A stretch of 60,438 bases of DNA, filler included, from Nemertoderma westbladi (taxonomy: Eukaryota > Animalia > Xenacoelomorpha), in the NCBI GenBank assembly GCA_032718475.1. It is 3 parts of 3 records of this genome, joined end to end, with 100 filler letters (N's around TTAATTAATTAA, not from the genome) between each part and the next. Parts side by side here need not be neighbours in the genome. Positions count along the whole stretch, not along the records: positions 1 to 28,937 come from JAUCBJ010005646.1; 2 more parts are not named here. One strand, given 5' to 3'. A model generated the notes under the pieces. That model did no database searches. It saw only the letters and a program-made list of their open reading frames with translations, and was not told the DNA's origin. The number at the start of each line of letters is the position of its first letter. The stretch's first letter is position 1. The translations under genes were made by a program, and so were the position numbers. This document shows positions 1 through 13,490 of the stretch, one piece after another.

Positions 1-1676
1 GCCCAGCACGTCACAGGTTTAACTTGTAATGGTTTACTCACCTGTTTAATGGTCATAAACGCAGGTTCCTCTCTTCCTACAAGTAGACTACGACTTACTG
101 TAGGTGGACTAGTTATGTTACCTGCTAAAATTGGCGATGAAGTCGCCCTAGGTTGCGGTAATTCCGTCACAACAAACCTGTTCCCTTGCGTCGAACGCAC
201 AGGCGTTATTTCCTTAGGTTTCGTAACGAAGACCGGTTTTATCGGAGTCGTGGGTTTGAGCATAGGAATAACTTGGGGAAAACGTTTACAGTAATCCTCG
301 ACGAACTCCTCTCCTCGATCTATCGCTCCCACACTTCCTTCCTCGATCCGCTTCTGGATTCCGCGATATCGAGTCTCCATGCGATCCAGGGCAGACAAGT
401 CGTGTCCAGTTCGCGATCTCATAGATCTATCTCTCGCGTCGAGTTCGAGGTCCGCTTGCGCGTTCGCTGTCTCGCGCGATCTACGATTCAATTCGAACTG
501 TAGTTGCATCTCCCTTTCGCGTCGATCTGCGTCCTGTTGTTGTGCCGCTAATTCCGCTTCCTGTATAGCTAATCGAGCGTTTATTTGCCGCGCCTCCAAC
601 TTGGCACGAACGTCGGATGCTGCTTTCTGCCGTGCTAACTCGTCGGCTGCCGCTTCTCGCGCTAAGTCCTCCTCCAGTCTGCGCATTTCTGATGCTTCGA
701 ATTCAGCTTGCGCCTTGAGTTGTGCAATTCTTGCCTCGTCTTCTCTACGTTGTTTCTCTCCTTCGATGGCGATCTGTGCCATCTGGTGTCGCGCTTCTTC
801 CTCGGCGACTTGTTGTCGGCGTGCAACCTCCTGTTGTTGTCGAGTAATTCCAGACGCTGTTCTACTAACGTCGCCAACGTTGCCAACGTCGCTCCGTACG
901 CTAACGAACGATCTATCCAGTGGTGGATGTTGGTAGGCTCGCGAGCCTTCCGTAGTGAGAACTTCCGTCGTCCCTCGCGGTTCGACTTCCGGTTCGTCGA
1001 TCGGTACGCCGCATCTACGAAGAAAATTGGTCAGCGTTTCCAACCTTCCGTCCAGGCAGTAGAGTTCTTCTTCCTCTTCGGGTTGTAACAACGCGTCCGA
1101 AACTGACTCACCTAGCAGTTGGTCGAACTGCTCCTGTTGAGCCAATCTTATCACCGACTTAAACTGGATAAGGCTTTCTCTCGCACTTACCAATTTATCT
1201 ACTATCTTTACCTGAGTAAAGTTGTCGCCACGCAACTCTGCAAGTTCGTGCAAACCTTTAAGTTTATCTACGGAGGCATGTACCCTACTTTCTATCCTTA
1301 CCTGTAAGGTGTAGAACTCGTATCTCGACATCGGGGCGGTTAACTCGCGTAAAACGCGAAAACCTTCTCCGAGGTTCCGAGTAATCTGGGCCATGTGTCC
1401 TCCTATACTTCTAATAACGTTCTCCTGGCTTCCAGTCGAACTTACCATGTCCGGTTCCCGCGATCTAGTCTGCGGGACGGTAAGGAAATCTTCGATTCTG
1501 CCGTCGCCACGCGTTGCGGCTTCCGGTATTTCCGTTCGGGGTACCGGCGACGCAAGCGGTGTGACATCGGTGGAATCTCGGGTTCTCCTTCTCGGTTCGT
1601 CTACTGTCGATCTGTCCGGGTCGCACGAGTCATAGTCGGTAGGTGGGTATCTCGTCGAATGGGGTGTGTCACTCAT
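1..1676 (-). pseudogene. gag: gag N-terminal coiled-coil region of the family A minus copy, disrupted
   Basis: ATG at 1676 is homologous to ATG 9963 (MSDTPHSTRYPP). E/R/A/Q-rich segment matches 10800-11200. Confidence 0.7.
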
Positions 1677-4204
1677 GTCTTATTATATACGTCAAGTACG
1701 GGTAATAAAATGTCAAAGTGTCTGAATGTTGAAGTGTCAAACTTACCTTGGTATATATAGTATATATATACCCTAACCGGTACAAATAAATCAACAAGTC
1801 AGAATGTCGAAATGTCAAAATGTCGAAATGTACAAATGTCAAACTTACCTTGATATATATATATATCATATATATACCCTAACCGGTACAAATAAACTAA
1901 CAAGGTATATAATAAAATAAGTAGTAATCTAGCCTACCGGCTAAATTTGTACGAATAAGTGAGATAACGGTATACGTTAACAAAATGTAGATCAACAAGT
2001 ATAAACAATAGGCCAAACAGCAACGTCTAACGGGAAAATAAGTACCAACAACACTACTAATAGACAGTGAAACCCACAAATTTTGAGTACTACTGTGCTT
2101 TCTTAAGTTTGAACGACGCGAGTCGTAAAACTTACGTTCCTTTGATCTTCCAGTCGTACAAATTCCCAAATACAAACCGGACGTGGGTCTTTCCGTTTTT
2201 CGGCGGCGCGGACGAATTTATTGTCTCCCAAACTTTGCGAAAAGCGGTCTAATCCTCGAAGCGGTCCAGAAATGAGTCCTTGAGTCCTGAAAAGGTCGAA
2301 GGTGAGAGTTTTACTTCTACGCTTACGAAAAATCTTCCTAGGTACCGATACAAATTGGTCTTTAAACCCTATGTACCTTTTCAAGTACCGAAAAGTAACA
2401 CCGCACACACACGGCGTAAAACAAAGTGCTACAAACTAACTGTTAGCTAGTCAAATATTAAATACGAAAGTACTAGCTACCCTAAAAGCCTACTGAAGCA
2501 GGGGACGTTCTAAATTACTAAATTTACTAACCTTAATTTTTAAATATCTCCTACTTTCAATAGCTAACAATTCTAAACTATACTATACGCTACGGCGGAA
2601 ATACTATATACTAATTTATATAAATACTTCCTACTGTAAGGGTCCAGTAGTATACCGCTTACCAGATCCTAGTAACGATGTATCTTACTATGAGACTCTA
2701 GTAATGTATACGGGCTCGTACAGTATCTGACAACAAATCCCAGTCCAGGATATCTAAACAAACAGATACAGTACACAAACGACTACTGGCGAGGAACAGA
2801 GCCTTGTATCTATTCTATGTACGTGAGCGGGTCTAATGCCTACGTACTAGACAGAAGGATACCTGTCCTCTAACCGGTGAGGCAGATGTACAGTTACGGT
2901 AACAGACCAAACTCACGGGAAAACAATCCCCGCGCAGCGAATCCTAACTATCACTGACAGTCCTAAATACAGTAACTTGCCGCGGTGTGATTTATATGGT
3001 TTATATACGAGCTAGTGGGTTAACAGACCTAGCGTAACAACACTGACAGTCCTAAATCAGTCGAAAAGGGGTCGTACCTAAATGTAACAATAACTGATCC
3101 CCCTGTACGAAATCAGTCTAAAGGGTCAAGCCTAAATGTAACAATACCGTTGTCCAGACAAACAACAGTTTAATAACGAAAGTGAAATACTCCTTATTTT
3201 GCCGCAACTAAATCAGATCCTAATTTTACAAATACAGACAATTTCCACCTAAAGTAATGTATAGTACGCTATAGCTAGTAGAACTTTAAGGGCGATATGT
3301 TTTAGGGCGTGTGTGTGTGGGTGTGTTACAAATAAAACAATTTCGTGTAATTCCTTTTACTAGGTTTTAGTGATTTTCTGACTAAATGATACCGTGCGCT
3401 AGCTACTAAAATAAACTAGTCGCGTTTGTAGAACTTTATACTCACGAATGACGTCAAAGCTCTCTCCTTCCTATCCACAACCCAATGGGCAACCACAGTG
3501 TTAGTAACTACACCCGTGATCGGCACTAATACCAGATTCTGGTTGTAAGATAAGAATAGGGGTTAATCGCTACCGTACGTTAGCTGATCTGGTATACTAA
3601 TTTAATTCTAGAACTTTGTTGCTGCGGTAGTTAGCAGCAATACCTATCAGTACGTGGCAAGGCGCGGTAGGATATTAATAAACCTCCCTAGGCCAAGCAG
3701 TGTGCCGGTAGCAGAAATACTCCTTGCCTGATCAAATAGCTAACTCCAGACAGGGGGGGGGGGGGTACTAATGTACGTTCTACAAAGCGAACCGGTACCA
3801 AACAGTCAGTGCTACGAATCACTAAATTATGGAACATATGCTGTCCGTACCTAATATGTACTCGCGTACTGACGAATGGCAATAGTTCGCACCTGTAGGA
3901 AGTACAGGTTAACCCAGGGGTTCGTAGGACTGACAAAGGGGGGGGGGGGTGTCTGGATATAATTATTTGATCCTAAATTTGCGGCGTCCAGTACGGTGTC
4001 ACGCTTACCCTGATCTATAGGTCTTACGGCGGGCAAGGGCGTCGAACAAAGTCTTACCTTCTCACAAAGCGGGCGCTGCATAGCAAGTGGAGTATTTCGA
4101 AGGGGCAAAGGGGGTGCGCGGTCAATCCAATGTGGGCGCTAGCGTGTTGTGGACATCCCTTCCCTGCGTTGCTTACGGCCTAACGATCTAGGCTGCCATC
4201 TCCC

Positions 4205-4904
4205 TGGTGTTCGGCTGTCCCGAAGTCGGACCAAAAGAAAACATGTCAGGAAATTGCAGTATATTTACAGTTTTACAAAAGGATTTATCAAATAAAGTTT
4301 CAACAAGAAACCGAATTAACTAATTTTACAAGAATAAACTATAATAATATCAGGTATTGACGTGATAAGGTGGAGGTGATAACCGAAGGCAAACCGGCCT
4401 TTTATACTAGAAATTGCACATGGAAACTAAACAGAATTTTCCACAGCTTCACCATTGAGCAATGAAGTGCTTCGTGCTCTATGATTGGCCCAGCTCATCG
4501 TTCAACGCAGTCCGGCCCTTACACTAATCTGGGACATGGAATCCTAACAGAATTTTCCACTGCCTCACATTTGAGCAACAAGATAATTTATGCCCTATGA
4601 TTGGTCTGGCTCATCATTCGCTACGCTGTACGCTTCTCATTGGCCTACCAATTAGCACCACACGAAAATAAATGGCCCCAAAATACAAATTTCCCGACTG
4701 GGATTCGAACTCGTAACCTACGTAATGTAACCAACGCCTTAACCATCTGACCACTACGCCACGAGAGTACCTAAGGGTTTTATGTGTACAAATATGAATA
4801 GGCATATTACATTACTGTAACTTAATCAAAATACGTCGGATTTTCAAAAGTTTTTACGTTAAAGTTAAACTACAAATGCTACCTTATAGTGAAATAATTC
4901 ATCA
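4205..4904 (-). repeat. Family A 5' LTR (3' boundary uncertain, 4205-4245)
   Basis: TG start shared with 22991. TATAAAAGG near 4400, CCAAT boxes in a ~117-bp internal duplication (about 4420-4630), AATATA-type signal near 4265, possible CACCA end at 4205. Confidence 0.75.
4690..4768 (-). ncRNA. tRNA-derived Pol III A/B-box cassette inside the family A LTR (degenerate, not a functional tRNA)
   Basis: TGGCGTAGTGG / TGGTCAGATGGTTAAGGCG (A box, Ser/Leu-like D arm) and GAGTTCGAATCCC (B box). Anticodon stem does not pair. Confidence 0.7.
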
Positions 4905-5083
4905 CTAAGCCTTTGGGACGGACGGTGGAGTGGCTCGTGCTGGTTGTTGTAGTCGTTGTGCAGCTACGACGTTGGCGATAGGCACATCGGCGAAAGTACA
5001 CCAGCGCTGAGGATCTCGCACTGTCCGGGGGCAGAGAGGGGTAGGCCGCGACGCCCGCTCGCCTAAATATAAACTCATTATAA

Positions 5084-6631
5084 TATGGATAAACTTATAT
5101 AGCAGATATGATGAGTTGATAGAAGATGAGCTTGGTATCAGGGAGCGATATACTCTACCTTTACAAGCGTTTGTTGATAGCTTGATACGCGGCGACGTTG
5201 GTCCAACTACTACGGAGGGCGATGGTCGTTATATCTAACTGCCAATGTCCCGGGAGCAACTTGAGCGTGGGTTGGACTGTAGAAAATTCACCGCTCGCTA
5301 TACGCATCGTAATGGTACGTATATGGACTTCTTAACTACTGGTCATCCTATCGACCTACACGATACGAACGATATAGACCCCAAAAGGGAAATGGTTTTA
5401 TTTAAATATCATACCCAGCGGAAGCGGAACGATAAAATGAGACTCGAACACGAAAATTCTATTCGAAACCGACTCGAAAGTGAAGATGTTGAAGAGCCGG
5501 ATAAACGCAGCGACTTCACCAAAATATCTGGAATTCTTGAGAGAAGCCTATCTTGATATTACCAGTCAACAGAATCTAGAAACTCGATATCCTCAAGGTA
5601 TACATCATGACCGCATGGTAGAACTCAAACAGATCTATTCCACTATGATGTATCTTACCGTCGATCGACCGCTACCTGTTGTACCGGATAGCTTCGAATG
5701 GATGGAGGAATATTGTAAGCTGGAGAAAGATCACTCGCGTTTCCCCTATAAGACGTGCATCTTTGGTATTATTGAGATGAATGCCCTAGACCCAACCAAC
5801 AAACGGAAAGATATAAACATCCGCGGAGACGTTGCGCTAAACACAGTTTTACTCGCTATACTTACGGGAGTTTCGAGCGAAACTTGTTCGATGTATCACC
5901 TACGCTCGCTCGGTTCAAACGATCCTTAAATAAACCTATGATCAGAGTTCCGGAATACTCGATCAGACCTCCTCATTCCCTAGTGAGACCTCAAGCTCTT
6001 GATCTTAATAGTATGACGGATCCTCCTGAACTGTATTCATTGTTTAAAGATCTAGTGTTACCCGAGCAATTAGTCGGTGGCACTCCGGTTGTGGGCTCCC
6101 TAATTATCCGCCCATCTTACCTGGCCGGATTGGGGCACGGACACCTGATATCGCCATTCAACCGTATAATCGTAATCGTCCCCGTTTAACACGATACAAC
6201 CGTCATCAAGGTGGAGGAGAGCGTTGACGAAACGAGTTAAACGCTATTCTACAAAGATCAGAAAAGAAACCTACGTTTGTTCAGATAAACTTAAATTATA
6301 ACGGCAAGTCCAAGCGGTAAACGGATTGGCTTTATCCCAGTTCGATTGGGAAATCCCGAATCTCTAAGATGATATTGAGCTTGGATGACCCTATTCTCGG
6401 CGAGAGTTTGGACGAACGTATCCAACGATGAGCGGAGGAAAATCAGCTCGAGGAGAAGCATATCGAAACGGCGGATACCCCGACCATAATCCTACACCTT
6501 ATGATGCAATCACATTGCACCCTTCACCCAGGAGTTATGGCCCTCCTAGTAAAGTGGCTCCCCCCAAAGAGAAAAGGACTCTTGCTAGCTTTAAAAAACT
6601 GCGTAAACGCCGTCCACGCAAGACAGACTAA
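5084..6631 (+). pseudogene. Disrupted ~500-aa ORF of unknown function directly upstream of the PPT and 3' LTR of LTR family C
   Basis: Chain of overlapping or near-contiguous + ORFs (5245-5556, 5480-5929, 5884-6189, 6428-6631) ending in basic KKLRKRRPRK, 79 bp before the LTR. Confidence 0.55.
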
Positions 6632-6709
6632 CTGTTTAGAGTATTTTTATATTTTAGAAACTGTGATTTTTTATATTTTATAGAATTAAATCCCATTTTC
6701 TGGGAGCGG

Positions 6710-7431
6710 TGTAAAAGCTTTTGCGGGATATAACTGGCCCTTTTGCTTCGCAATCCAGTTTCCCTTAATGCGCTCAAATACTCTAAAGAAAAACTCCCTA
6801 ACTCAAAGGATGAAAGCTACCGGCTGATTGGCTGATTTGCCTAGCGACGGCCTCTTTGTTGGGTTCGATCAACCAACCAGAGCAAGGTCAACCAAGCAGA
6901 GCGATTCAGCCTTATGTTGGCTAAATCAATGTAATTGGCTGCAAAGGCTAGGGTGGTTTGGCATTTTAGACGATTTGGAACCTGTGGAATATGGAACTCT
7001 GCCAATGAGAGCTTTTCCTTTCTGTGTTGAAATCTACCTGCAGCAGCTCACAGGGTTCAGTGTGTTGGTTTTCCTGATGCCATGAACATCGGCCATGGAA
7101 TTATTCTGAATTATTCCAACATTAGAACGTCTTTAATTATAAGATCACATAACTGTTACCGGTACTACGGTACATGACCAGCACTGGACAGCGTGAGGAC
7201 CGGTACGGTACCTGCTGCTGTATTGCACATTATTTACTGCTATTTGCTGTTTGTTATTAAATGTATCATTCGTTTGCATATTGTTATTTGGAGAATAACT
7301 ATAAACGATCAGAAACCCCGATCTTCTTGATACACTAAGGTTAGAGAGACCGGCTACATATAGCAATTGCGGCTTATATTATCGTGGTTTGTAGTGTGTA
7401 GTGAATTGAATGCTATTTTATAGGCCCTACA
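6710..7431 (+). repeat. Family C 3' LTR
   Basis: PPT GGGAGCGG, then TGTAAAAGCTTT...CCCTACA (TGTA/TACA termini). Colinear homology with the reverse complement of 29060-29792. Confidence 0.8.
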
Positions 7432-9962
7432 AATGCCGGTTGCTATTCTCTTTATATATGATTAAAATCAGTGACTATCGGCAATTCAGTGTGCAGCGGT
7501 GTGCAATAGTCTGTATGTGCTTGTCCGCGTAACAAAGCATCTCCTAAAGAATGCGTCTTATGTGTAACTTATAATCCATTCGTTGTGTTTAGTGTAAGCC
7601 ATAGCTCTGTTTATATAGATAGAGCGCCACATCCTAAAGGAACTGCTAATATTTCCCGAAAGTGAATAATATTTGTCAGAGATTATATATTAACGATCAA
7701 TCGAATAGTACGGTAGGCCTGCACCGCAATCAAATTAAAGCATCCGAATCCAGTCTCCCGGGTATATCCAGCGGGTGAATGGTCGCGCATAGACTGGCTT
7801 CGGCTAATGTTGGATTTATTTGTGTCAAATACTTGTCATAGGCTAAAGTCGATTTATAACCTAGAAGACATATAGATTTGGCGGGTTAAACTGCCAAAGG
7901 TCTTAAAAGCGCGAACAGCTAGGTATTGCTGCTAACCACCGTGGCAACAAAATTCTAGAATCAAATTTGTATACCAGATCAGCTAACGTACGGTAGCAAT
8001 TAACCCCTATTTCTTATCTTACAACCAGAATCTGGTATTTGTGCCGATTACGGGTGTAGTTACTAACACCGTAATTGCCCGGTTGAGTTGTGGATAGGAA
8101 GGAGAGAGCTTTGACGTCATTTTGTAAGTATAAAGTTCTACAGAGCGCGACTAGCTTATTTTCGTAGCTAGCGCACGGTATTGTTTCAGTTAGTAAATCA
8201 CTAAAACCTAGTACAATGGAGTACACCAAAATTGTTTTATTTGTAACACACCCACACACACACGCCCTAAAACATATGTACCCTTAGAGTTCTACTAGTT
8301 ATAGCTTACTTTAGATTACTTTCAGGCAGAATCTATTTTGTAATTTACTATTCGTAGTTTGTAAATTTAGGATCTGATATTTAGTTACGGCAAGAAGGAG
8401 TATTTACTTATTAGACTGTGTTTTCTAGCTCACAGTATTGTTACATTAGGCACGACCCCCTTTAGACTGATTAAGTACTGGTCAGTATTGTTATGCTAGT
8501 CTGTTAATCCACTAGCTCGTATATAAACCATATAAATCACACCGCGGCAAGTTACGGTATTTAGGTCCGTTAGCGATAGTTAGGATTTACTGCGCGGGGA
8601 TTGTTTTCCCGTGAGTTTGGTCTGTCACCGTAACTGTACATCTGCCTCACCGGTTAGAGGACAGGCATCCTTTTGTCTAGTTCGTAGGCATTAGACTCGC
8701 TCACGTACATAGAATAGACACTAGGCTCTGTTCCTCGCCAGTAGTTGTTCGCGTATTTGTATCTGTTTGTTTAGATATCCTGGACTGGGATTTGTTGTCA
8801 GATACTGTACGAGCCCGTATACATTACTGGATCTTACAGTAAGATACATCGTTACTAGGATCTGGTAAGCGGTATACTACTGGACTTTAGAGTAGGGAAT
8901 ATTCTAAAGCTTAATATTGGTAGATTTGTAGGCTTTAGGATAGTTCTTACCATAAAGGATCTCAAAGTAGGGAATATTTTATTAAATATTCTAAATATAG
9001 TTTAAATAGTATTTGTACTCTCTGAAAAGTGCATGCAATTTTCAGTAGGGAATATATATAACTATATATATATTATTAGCTATTGTAAAAGTAGGAGATA
9101 TTTACAATTTAAAATTAGTAAAGTTAGTAATTTGTAGAACGTCCCCTGCCAGTAGTCTTTTAGGGTAGCTAGTAGTTTCGTATTTAATATTTGACTAGCT
9201 AATAGTTAGTTTATAGCAATTTGTTTTACGCCGTGTGTGTGCGGTGTTACTTTTCGGTACTTGAAAAGGTACATAGGGTTTAAAGACCAAGTTGTATCGG
9301 TACCTAGGAAGATTTTCGTAGAGTAGAACTAAAACTCTCACCTTCGAATTTTCAGGACTCAAGGACTCATTTCTGGACCGCTTCGAGGGATTAGACCGCT
9401 TTTCGCAAAGTTTGGGAGACACAAAATTCGAAAAACGGAATGACCCACGTCCGGTTTTTTATTTGGGAATTTGCACGACTGGAAGATCAAAGGAGCGTAA
9501 GTTTTACGACTCGTGTCGTTCAAACTTAAGAGCACAGTAGTACTCAAAATTTGTGGGTTTCACTGTCTAATTAGTAGTGTTGTTGGTACTTATTTTCCCA
9601 TTATACGTTGCTGTTTTGCCTATTATTTGTACTTGTTGATCTACATTTTGGTAACGTATACCGTTATCTCACTTATTCGTACAAATTTAGCCGGTAGGCT
9701 AGATTATTACATATTTTATTATATACTTTAATTTTATTTGTACCGGTTAGGGTATATATATATGGTATATATATATACCAAGGTAAGTTTGACATTTCGA
9801 CATTTTGACATTTTGACATTTCGACATTCTGACTTTGTTAATTTTATTTGTACTGGTTAGGGTATATATATATAGTATATATATATACCAAGGTAAGTTT
9901 GACATTTCGACATTCTGATATTTTGACATTTTATTACCCGTACTTGACGTATATAATAAGAC

Positions 9963-12900
9963 ATGAGTGACACACCACATTCGACTCGATACCCACCTAC
10001 TGACTTGACTCGTGCAACCCGGACAGATCGACAGTAGATGAACCGAGAAGGAGAACCCGAGATTCCACCGATGTCACACCGCGTGCTTCGCCGGTACCCC
10101 AAATGGAAATACCGGAAGCCACAACGCGTGGCGATGGCAGAATCGAAGATTTCCTTACCGTCCCGCAGACCAGGTCATAGGAACCAGACATGGTAAGCTT
10201 GGCGGGAAGCCAAGAAAATGTTACTAGGAGTATAGGAGGACACATGGCCCAGATAACTCGAAACTTCGGAGAAGGTTTTTGCATTTTACGCGAGTTAACT
10301 GCCCCGATGTCGAGATACGAGTTCTACACCTTACAGGTAAGGATAGAAAGTAGGGTACATGCTTCTGTAGATAAACTTAAAGGTTTACACAAACTTGCAG
10401 AGTTGCGTGGCAACAACTTTACTCAGGTAAAGATAATCGATAAGTTGGTAAGTGCGAGGGAAAGCCTCATCCAGTTTAAATCAGTAGTAGGATTGGCTCA
10501 ACAAGAGCAACTCGACCAACTGATGGGTGAGTCTGTTTCCGACGCTTTGTTACAACCCGAAGAGGAATAAGAACTATATTGCCTGGACGGAAGGTTAGAA
10601 ACGCTCACCGATTTTCTTTGTAGATGCGGCGTACCGATCGAGGAACCGGAAGTCGAACCGCAAGGGACGACGGTAGTTCTAGTTACGGAAGGCTTGTGAG
10701 CCTACCCTGTTCCACCATTGGACCGATCATTCGTCAGCATACGGCGACGTTAGTAGGACGACGTTGGTGATAACTCGATAACAACAAGAGGTTGCACGCC
10801 GACAACAGGTCGCCGAGGAAGAAGCGCAACAACAGATGGCACAAGTTGCTATCGAGGGAGAGAGACAACGCCGAGAAGACGAGGTAAAGATCGCGAAACT
10901 TCAGGCCCAAGCAGAATTCGAGGCCTCGGAGATGCGAAGATTAAGAGAAGACTTAGCGCGAGAAGCCGCGGCAGCTGCAGCAGTGGACGAATTAGTGCGG
11001 AAGAAGGCAGCATCTGACGCTCGCGCTCAGTTGGAGGCGCGACAAATAAAAACTAGACTTGCCATTCATGAAGCGGAATTAGCAGCATAACAACAAGCGG
11101 CAGACCGACGCGAGAGAGAAATGCAACTCCAGTTCGAACTAGTGAACGCGCGAGAGGATCTCGAACTCGACACTAAGATCTCGAGCTGGACACGACTTGT
11201 CTGCATTGGATCGTATGGAAACTCGGTATCGCGGAATTCAGAAGCGAATCGAGGCAGGGAGTGTAGGAGCGATTGATAGAAGAGAGGAGTTTGTTGAGGA
11301 TTACTGCAAGCGTTTCTCTCAAGTTATCCCCATGATCAGACCTACAGTTCCAGCGAAACTGATCATAGTCATAAAACCGAAGGAGATATCACCTGTGCGT
11401 TCAACACAAGGTAACAGGTTTGTTGTGACAGTAATACCGCAACCTAGAGCGACATCATCACCGATTTTAGCAGGTAAGGTAAGTAGTCCACCTACAGTAA
11501 GCCGTAGTTTACTCGTAGGGAGAGAAACCTGTACTTATGACAGTTAAGCAGGTAAGTAAGCCATTAGCAATTAAACCTATAACGTGCTGCGCGAACCCAG
11601 TCATTTACAGACCGACTACGAAACCTGACTGTTTTACTCAACCATTGACACAGTGTGTAACGAGACCTACGACTTCGTGGAAGGCTTGCGAGCCTACCGG
11701 ATGACAAAGAACCGAGGACACTGAACAACAGACTAACTTCGTGGAGAAGATCCACAGGAACTTATCGAGACCTACTACTTCGTGGAAGGCTTGCGAGCCT
11801 ACCGGACGACGAAGAACCGAGGACGCTGAATAAAGACGGATGCAACCGACGAGAATGATACACTGGATGCGAACTCATCAGCCACCTTATCCGGACGACA
11901 GCGATACGTCTAGTGACTCAGAGTCGATGGAGAGGGAAATATTTCGTACTGGAGTGGCAGAGAACTACAAACGAGAGGAGAGATTGACGAATCCATATAT
12001 CGACAATCCTCCACGAGAAACACCTTGCAAAAACCCATGTTGCAACCAGCGGAAGCGATTAGCGCCAAACAGTATACTGAGATGGCGGACCGACTAGCTC
12101 AACTTGAAGAGCGACTCGAAGCGCAACCGTCGGATCGATCACGAACCAGCGTGTAGTTGGAACGATCGTCGACCACCACGGAGAGAATAGGAGACTAGAC
12201 AGAATCTGAACCATTTCCTACCGACGAACAACGCGCGGAAGGGAACGACAGGACGACGTAACTGAACAGGGACGTGGACAGTTAGATTTAGTTAGCGAGA
12301 TTGCTAAGTTTGCGGCCAGACACGGATTACCGGCACAACAACCACCGAAGTTCTCTGGCAACATGAAGCACTGGCGTACGCTGGTAGACTACATAGAGTC
12401 CCAGATCGCTAAGTGTGCCTTCACCTCGACGGAGAAGTTTAATTACTTGCTCCAAGATCTGTCTGGTGAGGCGAAACGATTAGCGGAGACCTTTATTGGT
12501 GTTCGGAATGCCTTTGAGTTGGTGTACGACCGCTTGTTTTCCATTTACGGCGGCAACGTAGCCATGGCTAAATCTATCATCAAAGACCTCTGTAGAGGAG
12601 GAAGCATTTCGAAACCGATCGATCTTCTACGACTCGCAGACAAAATCAAAAACTCTATAGGGACTTTACGGTCCATCGGACAACTCGAGTACACTAACGC
12701 ACCGATAGTTCTAATTAGAATAATCGGTAGACTCCATCATCAATTACGATGAGAGTGGCGACGTATTGAGTATCAGCGTGAAGAGGCCGGCGTGCTATTA
12801 AAACTCACCGACATCTATCAATTGATTTCACAAGAGGCCATGGTTGAGACGCGATCAAACTACACTGACCACCATATAGCGGCAGAAGGAATAGCGAATG

Positions 12901-13260
12901 CTGCGCCGTATCGGACCAAACCATTTCCAACCAACGCGAAAGCCGTGACTTATGCCACCCCAACAGACACTTCTAAGGTTCTGACGCCTATCGGCACCAA
13001 ACAGCCACGGCAACAGTTGCCGGCAGATTTTGAGGGATGCCCATATTGTGAGCGGAACGGCAGAAACCACAGCGGACATAAATTACGTGGATGTCGCGCC
13101 TTTAGAGAGTTGGGAGTTGAAGAGAGAAGACTCCAAATTCGACCATTGGATTCTTGTTAGAGATGTACCATGCCTGGACACATCCGGAAGGATTGCCCAA
13201 GCGACGATACATGTCCTCTATGTGGACGTAACCATGACATGTTACTCCACACGAATAGTC
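9963..13260 (+). pseudogene. gag: BEL/Pao gag (coiled coil, DUF1759-like capsid region, CCHC knuckles) with stops and frameshifts
   Basis: PKFSGN..., EKFNYLLQDLSGEAKRL, RLFSIYG; Cys/His motifs CPYC..H..C and TCPLCGRNH near 13040-13250. Confidence 0.85.
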
Positions 13261-13490
13261 ATACTCCGACTAAACGTTTTCGATGAGAGCATCCAGATAA
13301 AGCGGCTAGATGCGACGCACTTTATAAGGAGCGCGCACCATGCGAAATCCGTACTTTCTATACCTGACTGTATGGATCAATCCGGATCATCGGACAAGGA
13401 CGAGGAGGAAGACGACACCTTTTACGTGCATGCGGGGGAGGAACAACCATCCATAACACTCCTCACACAGAACCAATTGAAAGGGTTTGC

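Larger units (their letters stand above)
1..4904 (-). mobile_element. BEL/Pao LTR retrotransposon family A, 5' portion (5' LTR, long leader, start of gag); runs off the window start
   Basis: Reverse complement of 22991-25110 (LTR plus leader) and of about 7920-11600 (leader plus gag N-terminus). Begins TGATGAATTATTTCAC at 4904. Confidence 0.85.

Noticed and set aside
49-1760. Plus-strand ORFs such as 379-936
   Set aside because: Antisense shadows of the minus-strand gag coiled coil.
4690-4768. Functional tRNA gene (apparent CAT anticodon)
   Set aside because: Anticodon and T stems do not pair and the A box is duplicated; only promoter-like remnants remain.
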